Of a DNA stretch of 60,000 nucleotides, positions 25,601-38,468 are shown one piece after another. The position numbers and the translations under genes are program-made. Under the pieces are notes generated by a model. It was not told where the DNA came from and made no database searches. It saw only the letters and a list, made by a program, of their open reading frames with translations. Location: contig OZ249436.1 of NCBI GenBank assembly GCA_965235115.1, forward strand, positions 52,640,001 through 52,700,000. The letters run 5' to 3'. How positions within the stretch are numbered: the first letter of the stretch is position 1; the number at the start of each line of letters is the position of its first letter. The DNA is from Laetmonice hystrix (taxonomy: Eukaryota).

Positions 25601-28600
25601 AGCCCGTGGGAAATATGGCTAGGTCCTATACAAACCAACCATTAGCATCGTTGTGCTAGCACGACCCCAGGCTAGCATTTTCTTGATGGCAGCGCCCCGC
25701 ACGAACAGCGCAGACGTTCTCCAAATTCTTTGCGCAGCCAGAGTATATATCTCGGATACCTCCTTGGTTACTGGTGGAATAAACGCTGCGTCCTTCTGTG
25801 ACCATCTCCTGGGCGATGGGCAGTGGGAACGTCTCCCCCCCCCCCCCGCACACACCCACCTCGCCACCAATCCGCTGATCATGTTGACATGTCCTCACCA
25901 GGGGATTAGGAACCACTCGAGAGCTGTCAGCCAATTACCGTGTCAACCAGTTCACGATGGGTTTCCCCGCCACTAATTGTCATATATCCGACATGTTGCT
26001 AACATTTTGCCGCGCCTTTCTGATATATAGTATTACTCCTCACTTAAAGATAGGTTATTGATAGGTGTAATTTTGATAGCCCTGTATTCCCGCCTCTACG
26101 GTCAACTTTTAATTACTTGAAGTGATTTACTTTGAATGGCCACAATTGATGTCCTTGATTCATGAACTGAATGTATATAGACATCGTCGTCTTCATTGTG
26201 GAGTATATTGTCACGAAGCGTTAGTGGAGGTATAGATTTTAAAATTAACTTTAGGAGTGCGATCTCGGGTCATTATGACTATAGGCAATACTATATTCCG
26301 TGGAACTGCTGACCTACACATGCATAATGTATAATGATTCACATAGGCATACATGGGTAATTTCCGATTTGAACATGGCATCAGGGTGAACCATTAGTCC
26401 TTAGCCATACTATAGGCCTAGTAGAGTGGTCATGGTCGGTTAGGCCTACAGCTAGGAAAAGTATCGGCTGAGACCCTCAACTGACAAGTGCGCGTCACGT
26501 GACACCAGACAATCCCCTCCCCCCCGTCGGTTCCTAGTCCCAGGTCAAATGGCGTCTAAGTGCGCACGAACGGGTTGACGGTGCACGACTGACGAATTCA
26601 TGTTAATATGTCCAGATTATCGTTCTTTTCTCAGCTAAAAGGCAGGTATTACCTATGATTGCGTTTCTGCTTGATGTTGAAAGCATTTGGGGGAAATATG
26701 GGAAAATTGTCAACATTGAATGTCATTATATTGGTTTAAGATTTAAATGATATATGTAATTTGACTTGAAACAGTTCAAATGCAAACTACTTTGCTGAAC
26801 TATTTTTTACCTCTTCACTGCATTTCTATCTCTCCGGTAAACCTTTGGCCGGCGTATGTAGATCTGATTGCACCAGTGCATTGTTGGAACACGATTTGTG
26901 TTCCCACAATCCTGAACCAGCTACGAGCCTGTAGTGTGTATGACGGTAAGTATTTAGTGTACATCCTGCACAGACAGCACCACCTACTGTCATATTAGAC
27001 AACTGCCAAGCGATTATCGCTTCGTACGAAGCCTTTAAATAGCCTCAAAAAGCGGTCCAGCACAAGAGCTAATGCGTTCCGACGGCAAGAAACGTTACGC
27101 GTAATTTACATGTTGACCGGATTTAATGGCTGATCTTTTATGAGAAAATTGGTTAATATCGTCATTTTCCTGTTTCAATGCCTATTAGTTATCAGGAAAT
27201 TACTGTATGGCGCACATGCCAATTCTCGTGAATGGGAACATTCAGCATGTCAGTGTTACTCTGTGTGATTAATTTGTATGGAAATGACGTGATTTACAAA
27301 TGGGAAATGGCAAGCATAGCGAACACGTGCCACCCATTGTGACTTTTGTGACTTTGTCTCAGAAAAAAACAAATCCTAAAAATCATAATTTTGTGCAGCC
27401 TGGGACCAAGTTGATAGGTAGGCCTACGAAATTCAGTGCATGAGATGCAATTGGAATAAAAGGGGAGGACGAAATCAAAGTTAGATAATTAGGTTGCAGT
27501 CGGGTTGTGCAAGGAAAACAATAATTCGGTCACATGTGACTCGATGGAGGGAATTGACACACCATTGGAAGGAGGAGGCTTTGGCCTATCAGATACACCT
27601 GGTAACTTATATAGTTATTATCATTTTCTAAAAAAAAAATGTCATTTTAGGATTTGGTTTTCTTCTGAGACACTCTGTATATCCCGCTCATAGACACTTA
27701 GTTTTGTGATTTTAAAAAAACGACACGGAAAACTGTAAGATTGAGGTTGGAACGTCGTTTCACAGTGCAATATAATCCCACCAACAAACACCGCCGCATA
27801 TGTTCAATTTCTCCTTTGCCTCAGACAACTTTCTCTCCATAACGAGGCACTTCACATTTCGATTCTGATCAACGTCTGTACACTGACACATTTCTTGTTA
27901 ATGTTTTGATGCGCGACGAAGGCAAAATTGTTAATGACAGACCAGCACCTCATAAAACTTAAGCAGTATTTGGATTATGCGTTATTGGGGCACATGGCCA
28001 TTAAAGCGAAGGGAATTGCCTTCGCTCCTCTTAGATACTTGACCCTAATTGAGGGGTTTTTTTCTCTCTCTTTTTCTCTCTCTTTATTTTTCGCTCATGT
28101 TGTTAGGAATAGTTGTTCTCTAGCATTACGTGTATCTGGGTACGTAGCGCATCTCTTCACTAAATCAATATGAACCGAATTTGAGAGAAGTAATTATCTT
28201 TTCACAAATTCTTCCAGCTTTATTAAAGGCCTGAGGTAGTTTTCTGACGTCAGTCGCGAGAAACATTTTATTACGTCGGTGCAATCACCTCTAATGTTTC
28301 GGACGGGTCGGCGACTATAGAATACGGCTTCACTCAGACTTTTGAAATACTCATATACGAAAATTTGTAAGCTACACGTGCCTCTAATCAAAGTTAGAAA
28401 TTTACTCTAAACACTAAGCTGGCAAGTTTCTCGGCCTCACCCAACAAGACTTATCCGATATTGCGTCTCATTTCGCAGTAATCATCCCAGATTTAAAGCA
28501 CTGAACTCATTCCATGTAGCAGTGTCTCACCAGAACGTAGTACATGATACAAAAGTCACTTCAGTCCCTTCAGTACAAGTATCTTGACCAACAGAAGCAC

Positions 28601-28929
28601 AGTGGATATATGTATACATTTGTACTGTGGAAGGGCATCGGGCCCCTCAGTGTCATAACCGAATTTGTAGCTCTTGTCATATTTAGGTGCGCATAGAATA
28701 GTATTCCAAGGTTGTACTTTTCCCTTTACATCATTCAATATTTTATTATGATGATGATCATTATCATTATTCTGAACACGCTCATCATCAGCACAAGACT
28801 TATACATCAGAGGAATCCTATTAATAGAGAATTTGTGGATCCCATGCAATGATCTGTGAACCTTAGTCGACCCTGACCATGTTCTGCCCTGTATCAACAT
28901 CAATCTCAAACCGGATTCTTCCTTACATT

Positions 28930-29010
28930 GAGGACACAGGTCCTATATTAGAGGACACAGGTCCTATATCAGAGGACACAGGTCCTATATCAGAGGACAC
29001 AGGTCCTATA
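28930..29010. repeat. 21-bp tandem repeat x4
   Basis: GAGGACACAGGTCCTATAT(C/T)A repeated, about 470 bp upstream of the GPCR acceptor. Confidence 0.9.
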
Positions 29011-29460
29011 TATCAGACCTAGAACTCCTCTATATCAGACGTTGGGTTTTCTTCTTTTTACTTCTATACTTCTGGCAGAAAACACACCTGAATTACACGC
29101 ATCGCAGTGATTGATAAGGTCGTATGATGAAATAATCAAGAATCTCTTTGTTCTAATCACCAAATTGGGTTTGGTGAATGACTGCATGGAAGGACACTGT
29201 GCCTCTGGCTGAGAATTCTTGCTGTTTGATGATTATTACAAAATAAAGCACTGTCGGTGGTTCCGCGTCGTCTTCTTGACCTTTAGATCGGCGGTGTCTA
29301 GATTGCCTGCTTGACACTTTGGTAATGTAAAACTGATTTAGCTTCATAGCAAGTTGCCTTTGTGCTTTAACAGAAAAGGGGCCTGTTACTGCAACTTCTT
29401 CTATGCGGAAGATGGCAGACTGGGACTTGGTGAGATGGTGATGACTTGTATTAACAGATG

Positions 29461-29541
29461 TTTCTCCTATGTTTCAGGTCACAACATTGGTTGCATATAT
29501 CCGGGGCTCAGCGTCCGGACATGCACTGAACGGCATTGACC
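29461..29541 (+). promoter_or_regulatory. Splice acceptor (exon starts 29478) and 5' UTR part of GPCR exon, with 2-codon uORF ATG-CAC-TGA (29521-29529)
   Basis: tttctcctatgtttcAG|G is a strong 3' splice site 64 nt before the start codon, implying at least one upstream exon. Confidence 0.65.
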
Positions 29542-30387
29542 ATGACGGAGACCAAGGTCGCGTTCCCCAACCAGACAGAACTGGTCCGTTACTACCCGGG
29601 CTTCGAGACGCTGTCCGAGCCGGAGAATGCCAGCACGGTGAATGGCTTCAACGCCACCGGCTTCAACGGCACCGGCAATGACACGGCAGGCGCCGACGGC
29701 GGCCTCGACTTCGCCATGCCCATGTACGCCCAAGTGATCATCATACTCATGTACACAACTGTGTCCGTACTGTCGGTTGGCGGAAACGTCATCGTCTGCT
29801 ATATAGTCCTGGCCTACCAGAGAATGCGAACGGTGACGAACTATTTCATCGTCAACCTGGCCTGCAGCGACATAATGATGTCGGTACTCTGCATTCCCTT
29901 CACCTTCATTGCCAACCTCCTGATGAACGGCTACTGGCCCTTCGGTCCCATTCTTTGTCCACTCGTCACTTACGCCCAAGTGGTGACGGTCTTTCTCAGC
30001 GCATTTACTTTACTGGCAATAAGTCTGGACAGATACATAGCCATAATTTATCCCCTTCGCCCTCGAATGACTACTAAACAAGCGGCCATTGTCATCAGCA
30101 TTATCTGGTTCCTGTCTCTAGCAGTTCCGCTTCCGGTCGCCATCTTGTCTCGCATCGCCACAAATGTCGACCATAGAGGTGTCGTTCAGTATACGTGCGT
30201 GGAAGACTGGCCTGATATGCGACAACGTTACATTTATACTTTAGTTATAATGGTGCTTCAGTATTTCCTTCCTCTCTTCGTTCTAATGTTTACCTACTCG
30301 CGGATTGCAATTGTTATATGGGTTACGAAAGCACCGGGAGAAGCAGAAAATAACAGAGATCAAAGAATGGCTGCTTCTAAAAGAAAG
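29542..30387 (+). CDS. RYa-R: Neuropeptide GPCR (luqin/RYamide receptor-like, class A), coding exon 1 (N-terminus, TM1-TM5, ICL3)
   Basis: ATG at 29542 (gaccATGa) with an in-frame stop upstream at 29527. N-terminal sequons NQT, NAS, NAT, NGT, NDT. Motifs: TM1 GN, RMRTVTNYFIVNLACSD, ECL1 WPFG..LC, SLDRY, TM5 QYFLPL, and ICL3 PGEAENNRDQRMAASKRK typical of RYamide/luqin receptors. Ends at a phase-0 donor AAG|GTGAGT (30388). Family assignment is by motif recognition, not a database search. Confidence 0.93.
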
Positions 30388-30696
30388 GTGAGTTCTTAAT
30401 TCGATTGTTTTGAAGATTATGACGAAAAGGAACAATTGTATTGGAACTAGAATGTTTTTGAAGAAAAGGTATTAAATCTTGTCCGATAACTTTGCGATTC
30501 CGTCACACTAAGAAGAGTATTGATAAACCATATGTAACATATAAAAGGCCAAGCACACTTTTCTTCATATAAAGTTATTCTTGAGTATATAAGAAGAACG
30601 GTGAATTGGATCTGTTTGAACTGCATCATTCTTAGACTGTCCATGATCATTATATAATGGCTCATGCAAGATTATGTCATTATCTTAAATTGTTTT

Positions 30697-31070
30697 AGAG
30701 ATACATTCCATGGAAAATACGCATGACCTTGATTGACCTTTCAAGGTCACTCAATGTCATGGAAAAAGGCGCCGAACGAAAGTTCATGTATGACTTCCTA
30801 TATGTGTCAATAAAGTAACTATGCGTTATCTTGCGCCATTTCCGAGATATTTAGCCAAACAGTGTAATTTTGCAGGTCAAAGAACCATCATTTGCTCTAA
30901 GAATATATTGGCATATAGATTGCCCCTCATAATCATCTTTGCACAACATTTGAAAGAAATGATACAAACGATCTATTTGACGTGCTTCATCCTCAGACCG
31001 TCCCTGATCATTGTGTAAAGTTTAATACAAGACCCATACACTTATGAGAAATCGCTGTGTACGGACGTGC
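30697..31070. mobile_element. Probable non-autonomous interspersed repeat (Helitron-like) in the GPCR intron
   Basis: Motif string TGACCTTGATTGACCTTTCAAGGTCA..GAAAGTTCATGTATGACTTCCTATATGTG..CCATTTCCGAGATAT resembles common invertebrate repeats. Boundaries and class are uncertain. Confidence 0.4.
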
Positions 31071-31509
31071 CGTAAGTATGTACACCCAGAAAAGGCTGCA
31101 GTCTCAGAGCCACCCCCCCCCCCTCCTCCTGCCGCAGACGTATTGGCCGGACGTAAGCCGGACGTAGGTTAAACGGTATACGACACCTCCGAGTGTTTTT
31201 ACGCCGGAGTGTCGAACCACACCTGATGCCTGTCGACAACCCGGGAAATTCGGGAGTGCGGCAGTCAGGCAGTCAGGCAGTGAATTGGTAGTTTGACGAC
31301 CTGCCCTCAGTATATCAATTATATTCAGCCCGAGAATACGTCATAGTCTAGTTTAGGTTGGACCTATTGTTCCATCGAGTCCTACAGGAAGAAGATAAAG
31401 AGATTATGGCTCAAATATGGCCACTAGATGTATTATTTCTTCTCCTTCTCCTTCTTCTCCGTCTTCACTGCAACATACAACTCCCTTGCAAGGAGAGGGT
31501 GTCTGGTTT

Positions 31510-34251
31510 AGTGCTATAGAACGTTCCAGAAGGTGGCATTTTGGAAAAAAAAACTTGCGTTAAGTAAGTCTAAAACGGACCATGTAATTTGTCTCTGGGC
31601 TTCCCCCAGGCACTCGTAACTTGCGCACGGCATAGCAGTTTGTGAACCATGGCCCCACACACGTCGCCATCCTGCTCAAAATAAAAGTACAAATTAATGA
31701 TCCGCCGTCGTGCTCACGATACTTTAACCTTTGCTGTTATCGAGTTCTAGAATGGGCGATTTTGAGTTCAAGCAGATCAAGTAAAGCATTGTCTTTTGGG
31801 TCGCGTTTCGTGTAATGAGCTCTCCTGTGAGCAAGTCACTGTGAAGAAAACTATGTTAATTATGTAGTGGCCATTTTATGCCCGTCACATTATGATTTTT
31901 CCTGCAGAGCTACTAAGAAAATGTTGACGGAGTGGATGTCGTGATGGATGTGCAGTTTCCTCTGTTCCAATTATATCTTTCTGTCACGGATACTAGAGAA
32001 AGTATTTCACTGGCCAATCCCGCGCAAGCCCTCCCAGGCTTTAGGGAGGATTATCTCAATCGCTAAAGCAAACACATTCATCGCTTGAAAACAGTAGATG
32101 CTAATCATAAGGCCCGGCTTGATGTGTGCGTGTGGGGGGGGGGAGGGGGAGGGGGCTTGGAAGTAAGTTCTTGCCATGTACAGGCAAAAATACTGACAGA
32201 CAAGGTGTGATACTGAAGCCATTCAGCTCGGAAAAGGGTATGAAAGATATCCGGCTCAAATGGATGGGCGCAAAGCAGTTTAATTTATCATAAACTTTTT
32301 TATGCGGGGCTCAACAGGGAGAAACCGTTGTTGTGCATGATAGACATAAATTGCCATCGAAATGTTTCTGTCCGATGTCGCCTGTCAAGTAAAGAACGGG
32401 CATCAAGCAGACAGAATGTCGCTTCTGCACACCATTGCTGTGCAACATTAATTACAACGCTGACATTCTCACAATATCTTGGCATAAAAGCGAAATACTG
32501 CCACTTAAGCAGCTTAGGGTGAAATGAATATTTATGAACGAAATACTAGTATGTGAAAATATCAGGATAATTTGTGGTTATCAGGTTCATCTTACATAAA
32601 CCTTGGCAAAATAATACATTGTTTAATTTGTTGAGCATAACATAGGTGTATTTAAAAATGAAGTTATGCACCTTATCCCCTCCTAGACGCTGTGGTTGGC
32701 GTTGTATCTCTGGGCCTTGCAAAAACAACTAGAGCTCTTTAAATTTTATAATGCAAGGCTATGAAGTAATAACCCATTTAGTTAACTCAACATTCTCAGC
32801 AACAATCAGGATAACATCTTGCATTTAAGGGAAGGAAAAAAAGGTCATTCAAGCTCTTGAGGAATACATCAGTGGCCAGTGCTATAGAACGTTCCAGAAG
32901 GTGGCATTTTGGAAAAAAAAACTTGCGTTAAGTAAGTCTAAAACGGACCATGTAATTTGTCTCTGGGCTTCCCCCAGGCACTCGTAACTTGCGCACGGCA
33001 TAGCAGTTTGTGAACCATGGCCCCACACACGTCGCCATCCTGCTCAAAATAAAAGTACAAATTAATGATCCGCCGTCGTGCTCACGATACTTTAACCTTT
33101 GCTGTTATCGAGTTCTAGAATGGGCGATTTTGAGTTCAAGCAGATCAAGTAAAGCATTGTCTTTTGGGTCGCGTTTCGTGTAATGAGCTCTCCTGTGAGC
33201 AAGTCACTGTGAAGAAAACTATGTTAATTATGTAGTGGCCATTTTATGCCCGTCACATTATGATTTTTCCTGCAGAGCTACTAAGAAAATGTTGACGGAG
33301 TGGATGTCGTGATGGATGTGCAGTTTCCTCTGTTCCAATTATATCTTTCTGTCACGGATACTAGAGAAAGTATTTCACTGGCCAATCCCGCGCAAGCCCT
33401 CCCAGGCTTTAGGGAGGATTATCTCAATCGCTAAAGCAAACACATTCATCGCTTGAAAACAGTAGATGCTAATCATAAGGCCCGGCTTGATGTGTGCGTG
33501 TGGGGGGGGGGAGGGGGAGGGGGCTTGGAAGTAAGTTCTTGCCATGTACAGGCAAAAATACTGACAGACAAGGTGTGATACTGAAGCCATTCAGCTCGGA
33601 AAAGGGTATGAAAGATATCCGGCTCAAATGGATGGGCGCAAAGCAGTTTAATTTATCATAAACTTTTTTATGCGGGGCTCAACAGGGAGAAACCGTTGTT
33701 GTGCATGATAGACATAAATTGCCATCGAAATGTTTCTGTCCGATGTCGCCTGTCAAGTAAAGAACGGGCATCAAGCAGACAGAATGTCGCTTCTGCACAC
33801 CATTGCTGTGCAACATTAATTACAACGCTGACATTCTCACAATATCTTGGCATAAAAGCGAAATACTGCCACTTAAGCAGCTTAGGGTGAAATGAATATT
33901 TATGAACGAAATACTAGTATGTGAAAATATCAGGATAATTTGTGGTTATCAGGTTCATCTTACATAAACCTTGGCAAAATAATACATTGTTTAATTTGTT
34001 GAGCATAACATAGGTGTATTTAAAAATGAAGTTATGCACCTTATCCCCTCCTAGACGCTGTGGTTGGCGTTGTATCTCTGGGCCTTGCAAAAACAACTAG
34101 AGCTCTTTAAATTTTATAATGCAAGGCTATGAAGTAATAACCCATTTAGTTAACTCAACATTCTCAGCAACAATCAGGATAACATCTTGCATTTAAGGGA
34201 AGGAAAAAAAGGTCATTCAAGCTCTTGAGGAATACATCAGTGGCCAGTGCT
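31510..34251. repeat. Direct tandem duplication, 2 x 1368 bp
   Basis: 31510-32877 is repeated at 32878-34245; identical ORF-track entries are offset by exactly 1368; AGTGCT lies at all three boundaries. Confidence 0.97.
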
Positions 34252-34795
34252 TCTACGGGCTGGTTTACAATAAATCAAAACTGCTCGATGGCAAATGTCC
34301 GCCAACTATCGAATAGAAAATTGAGCCTTTGTGTGGAAACGATGTCGGGTAGGATTTTCCATGGATCCTTTCCTCACTCAAGAAGAATGGACTCAAGACC
34401 CGATAACACGAATAATACATTACAAGGGTGGGGGTTGGGTCCATTAGCTCCTCACCTTAGCATGTATATTTGACGGCTAGTGACACTCCCCAGTGGTTGG
34501 TAGAGGGTTTAAATATGGCCCGTACAACCTCCCATTATACCCACTGCATTCAGTGGGCGGTACTCTTTTGGAACAGGAGATAAAATATGTGCACGTTGTC
34601 TCCGTCTGTTTCTCAAATCACCAGTAATAGGGATATAAAACCTGCAACATAAGTGCAGTGTGAAGAGACAGAACCCGAGCCATTACGTAGCGTTGCGAGG
34701 TTTGAACACATACAAATATATCGCAATACGTTTTCCGATTTTTGTTTACTATATGGCCTCCACAAATTCCTACATGGTGTCAAAATTGTGGCGCT

Positions 34796-34860
34796 GGCCG
34801 GCCTGGCTTAGTGGATACGGACCTTTAATCGGCCGCTTGCTTCCGTTGGAACCCCGACAG
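34796..34860 (+). pseudogene. Possible decayed tRNA-derived SINE head
   Basis: A-box match TGGCTTAGTGG (34804-34814) and imperfect B-box GTTGGAACC (34845-34853) at tRNA-like spacing; no full cloverleaf. Confidence 0.3.
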
Positions 34861-35691
34861 TCAATGCAAGTCACTTTAATTAAAGTAATCGTAGGTGTAG
34901 ATGTTGGCTTGGTGACGCCGTCTGGTTGAGCTTGGCAGCAGACGACCTCGGCCGACCGAATATGAAACCATGCAGTGCCGGATTGCCATATGTTATTAAA
35001 GGTCCAGAGAAGGGATAACGATGCCATCGCAGCTTTCCAACCGATAAACCTGATGAGGTACTCCTGTTAGGCGCCAATGGAAACCTTTCATATCATCTGT
35101 CACCTACACCGCTAAGCCCGTAAATGATAGTCACGTCAAGGCCTAATGCCCCCCTTCCTGGCTCTTACCTTATCATTTTCCCGCCAACGATCCCCGGTCT
35201 ATGCCGTCAAAGTCCGACCGTAAAGGGGGTTTCACGGTCACAGAACGTGTATTGTACAAACATCGTGCATGTATTGCAGGAATTGTTGTAAGATGTTTCC
35301 CTTAAAGAACGTTTCTAAGGAACTGACCTACAAACGCCACTTTATTCACATTCACATGCACAAGTCACTGTCGTTTTTTAAACCCGATATCAAGGCGATT
35401 CCAACAGAAGTTTATTCCTAACAGCAAATCCTACAAGGTAGGTCGAGACAAAGGGGCGTCAACGTTTCACCTATAGGCCGATTGGAAAGTGTTCAAGGAC
35501 CTGGGGCGGAGGTAGAAGAGTATAGACTCTGGGTAAAAATAATTTTTTGGAGGAGTTCCCCCCCCCCCTCCTCCCAAAGAAAACTGGTTGCGGGAAATTT
35601 ATGCACATGACAGGCATAGACATCTACAGAATGCTGAACCATGAACAAATATTGATCCAAGTTTTTAATTCGTTGTCGTTGTCGTTTTCAG

Positions 35692-36267
35692 ATGGTGAAA
35701 ATGATGATCACTGTTGTCATCATCTACGCCTTATGCTGGCTACCTCTTCACACGATCACGCTGGTGGGAGACAGGCACGTCGAGATTTGGAACTTCAAAT
35801 ATATCCAGGTTATCTGGATCATCTGTCACTGGCTAGCCATGAGCAACTGCTGCTACAACCCCATGGTTTATTGCTGGATGAACTCCAAGTTTCGAAATGG
35901 ATTTAAGTACGTGCTTCGTTGTTGCCCGTGTATTGACGTAGAGAATCACGAGCACGGCTTGTGTCGAATGAACCGGATAAACACATACGTCACGACAATG
36001 AGGTCGAGTCTGCGCGAGAAAAGGGCGATAAATACGTACGCAAATACCCCGTCGCCTACCCGTTACGACAGTCAATACTCCGAATATTCGACCGTAGAAA
36101 ACGTGCCACTGAAAAACCTTGCCAATGGCACCAATGGGTCCGGCAGTAGGGGGCTTGCTGTAATTCGAAAAGCCAACAAGTCCAATACAAGACAGAGCCG
36201 TGTGGGCGACCAGAAATATTTGTGTTCAGAAAGGGATCTACTGTCAAAAGACACACATGACTGCTAA
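35692..36267 (+). CDS. RYa-R: Neuropeptide GPCR (luqin/RYamide receptor-like), coding exon 2 (TM6-TM7, C-tail)
   Basis: Acceptor gtcgttttcag|ATG at 35691/35692 joins in frame (SKRK|MVKMM). Contains CWLP (TM6), HWLAMSNCCYNPMVY (TM7 NPxxY), helix-8 FRNGF, a Cys cluster RCCPC and a Ser/Thr-rich tail. TAA stop at 36265-36267. Confidence 0.93.
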   Translation: MVKMMITVVIIYALCWLPLHTITLVGDRHVEIWNFKYIQVIWIICHWLAMSNCCYNPMVYCWMNSKFRNGFKYVLRCCPCIDVENHEHGLCRMNRINTYVTTMRSSLREKRAINTYANTPSPTRYDSQYSEYSTVENVPLKNLANGTNGSGSRGLAVIRKANKSNTRQSRVGDQKYLCSERDLLSKDTHDC

Positions 36268-37771
36268 AGGCTGAGGCAGAAGGAGGTAAGCTACAGAACT
36301 TGTAGCAACAGTTTGCAGCACGAGGTCTAGCAACGTCAGTCTTACTCCTCGGGAAAAATATCTGCTGCATTGTAAACTTGCTGATCTTTCCCACACTTTA
36401 CTGAATGAGCCCCCCGCCCCAGACTTTCAGGGGTGGCGGAACAAAGAGAGAAAAACAGTAATTTCCCAGAAGAGGAAGCCGATTTGCCAAGCTCAAGACA
36501 AGTATAACACTATTTTTAAAGAATTAAAAAGTAACTGGTTGGGAGTTTCCAAGGGACTATTTACGTAGCTTAAGTCACGGGATGTGAATGCCAGTGGAAA
36601 ATATCCAGGGCCCAGACGGTATAGGTCTAAGGGTCATAGGCCACCCCAGGCGGCGATTGTTCCAAGAGATTTAATGTTGTATTTTGGTGCCGTGGCCTCC
36701 GCCACTAATCCCATCACCCTGTCAGCCGTACATGTACTTGGGGGAAGTTGTGCATTAGCAGGGATGCCCACAAAGAGTTGAAGTCCTCTGTCTTAGTTGT
36801 CTAGTCACGTAATGATTCGAATTATCCTATATTAGGGATGTGGTTGCGGTCTAGAAACTTTGTTGTAGACGATACATCTAGAGACAGTCGGCCTTAAACG
36901 ACAGAAGAAGTAAAATAAAGCTGCTCCGTCTGTTTAACAGAGACCTATACCAAAGAAAATATCCGTGTTAGCAAACGGCCGGGTTTCAATAAGGCCGCTT
37001 CCACTTTCCATAACAGTCAGAAATTAATGTGTTGCTGACCATAACAGGTAGCAGATGATGTGGGCTGGAGGGCAAGACGCTGCCCCGGTGTGGACCCACG
37101 GAGTCTACAGATATCAGCTGCCTTGAGGGCCTTTCTGCCTGTCCGGGGTGGATAACGTTCCATTTCGGTGTTTTGATTTAGGATTGTAGCATTCTACGAA
37201 AACCAACCTCCTACCACATGCACCGTATTTATTAGGGGACTTAACCGTTTAAACAGTTAGTTATATGGATACGTCATCATTCTGAAGATTTGTTATATCA
37301 GGCGCCACCTAACGAGCCTGTGATGAACTATCATTCCATGTAATGACATTGTTAAGCTCGTTTTACGTCTGGTGCCGCCGTGGCAACCACCAGGAAATGT
37401 TTTATTTCAGGTACGACTCTCCTATGGTGTGTCTATAGTTTCTATAATCTATACAACATGGAATATTGTACAGTATAGTTCGAGGCCTTTTTGCTTACAT
37501 TTCCAATGAGCATGTACTCGTTTTTTATTATTTTATTTTATTTTAGGCTTAAAAAGGTCATGCTGTAGGAAAGGGATAATGCTTGAGTATATGTGACTAT
37601 AAAAATGATACAATTTTGACCGACGTAATTATGAGCGGGCTTGTTCATATATTTATTGTTTATTTATTTTGGTTCTTGTGAAATACACTGTTGTTCACTG
37701 TTCTAAACATCATTTCCATCATGGTTCATTTGCAACTAAAATAATGTTCTGAGTAATCTTTTTAGTTTGGA

Positions 37772-37783
37772 AATAAAAATAAA
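37772..37783 (+). promoter_or_regulatory. Candidate polyadenylation signal of the GPCR gene (tandem AATAAA)
   Basis: AATAAAAATAAA at the end of an AT-rich stretch about 1.5 kb after the stop, followed by T/GT-rich sequence. An alternative AATAAA lies near 36914. Confidence 0.4.
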
Positions 37784-38107
37784 CCGTAGGGATAAGTGTG
37801 ACCATATAAATCAGTTGTTTCTCACTCTTACTTGATTTGTGTGCTTGTAAATATTAAAAAATCGCTCTATATAACCATTTTGGTCTTAGGTGTATTTTCA
37901 ACAACAAAACCGAAAGGACGCTGATCATTTTGTCCTTATTTCCTATTTATGGAAACGTTACATCAAAACGCCTAAAAAATAGACATAATATAGGCGGTGG
38001 TGTTTAATGTTTTCTTTGGGAAAGACCCGTCCCTAATATGAATTCGTGAATATCTATTGCAAGGTTGTAGAATGTATTTGTCGGTGTTTTGCCCTAATAA
38101 TGGGTTA

Positions 38108-38468
38108 GGCCAAAAGAAAATTCCCGCTTTCTGGTCCGCGCGTGCATCACTTCAGATGCCGCGCATCAGTGCTTTTTTTTCTTGTCCTCACCTTGGATGA
38201 CTGTGAATTGTGCTGCCACCTAGCGGTAAGGCTTAAAACTAACATTGTTGTAATGGATGTTTCATTAACCGACTGCAACGGAAGTGTGTTTGTATTCAAA
38301 GCGATGACAGCAAAGGTCATGGTCCTTATCTATGAGTTCATTTTACATGATAATTTTTACCATCTTAGCCAGCTATCACCAAAAAAAAAAAAACTTAAAA
38401 AAAAGCCGCGTCACCGCACCACTTTTGAAATTTTCTTCGGACCAGAAACCGGCAATTTTTTTTTTGCC
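38108..38468. mobile_element. MITE with 3-bp TTA TSD (Zator-like termini)
   Basis: Imperfect ~30-bp TIR GGC(C)AAAA.AAAATT.CCG.TTTCTGGTCCG; TTA at 38105-38107 and 38469-38471. Confidence 0.7.

Larger units (their letters stand above)
30388..35691 (+). other. Intron of the GPCR gene (5304 bp, phase 0, GT-AG)
   Basis: GTGAGT donor and pyrimidine-rich ttttcAG acceptor; splicing restores a continuous 7TM protein. Confidence 0.92.

Noticed and set aside
29479..29979. 166-aa minus-strand ORF
   Set aside because: Antisense shadow of the GC3-rich GPCR exon.
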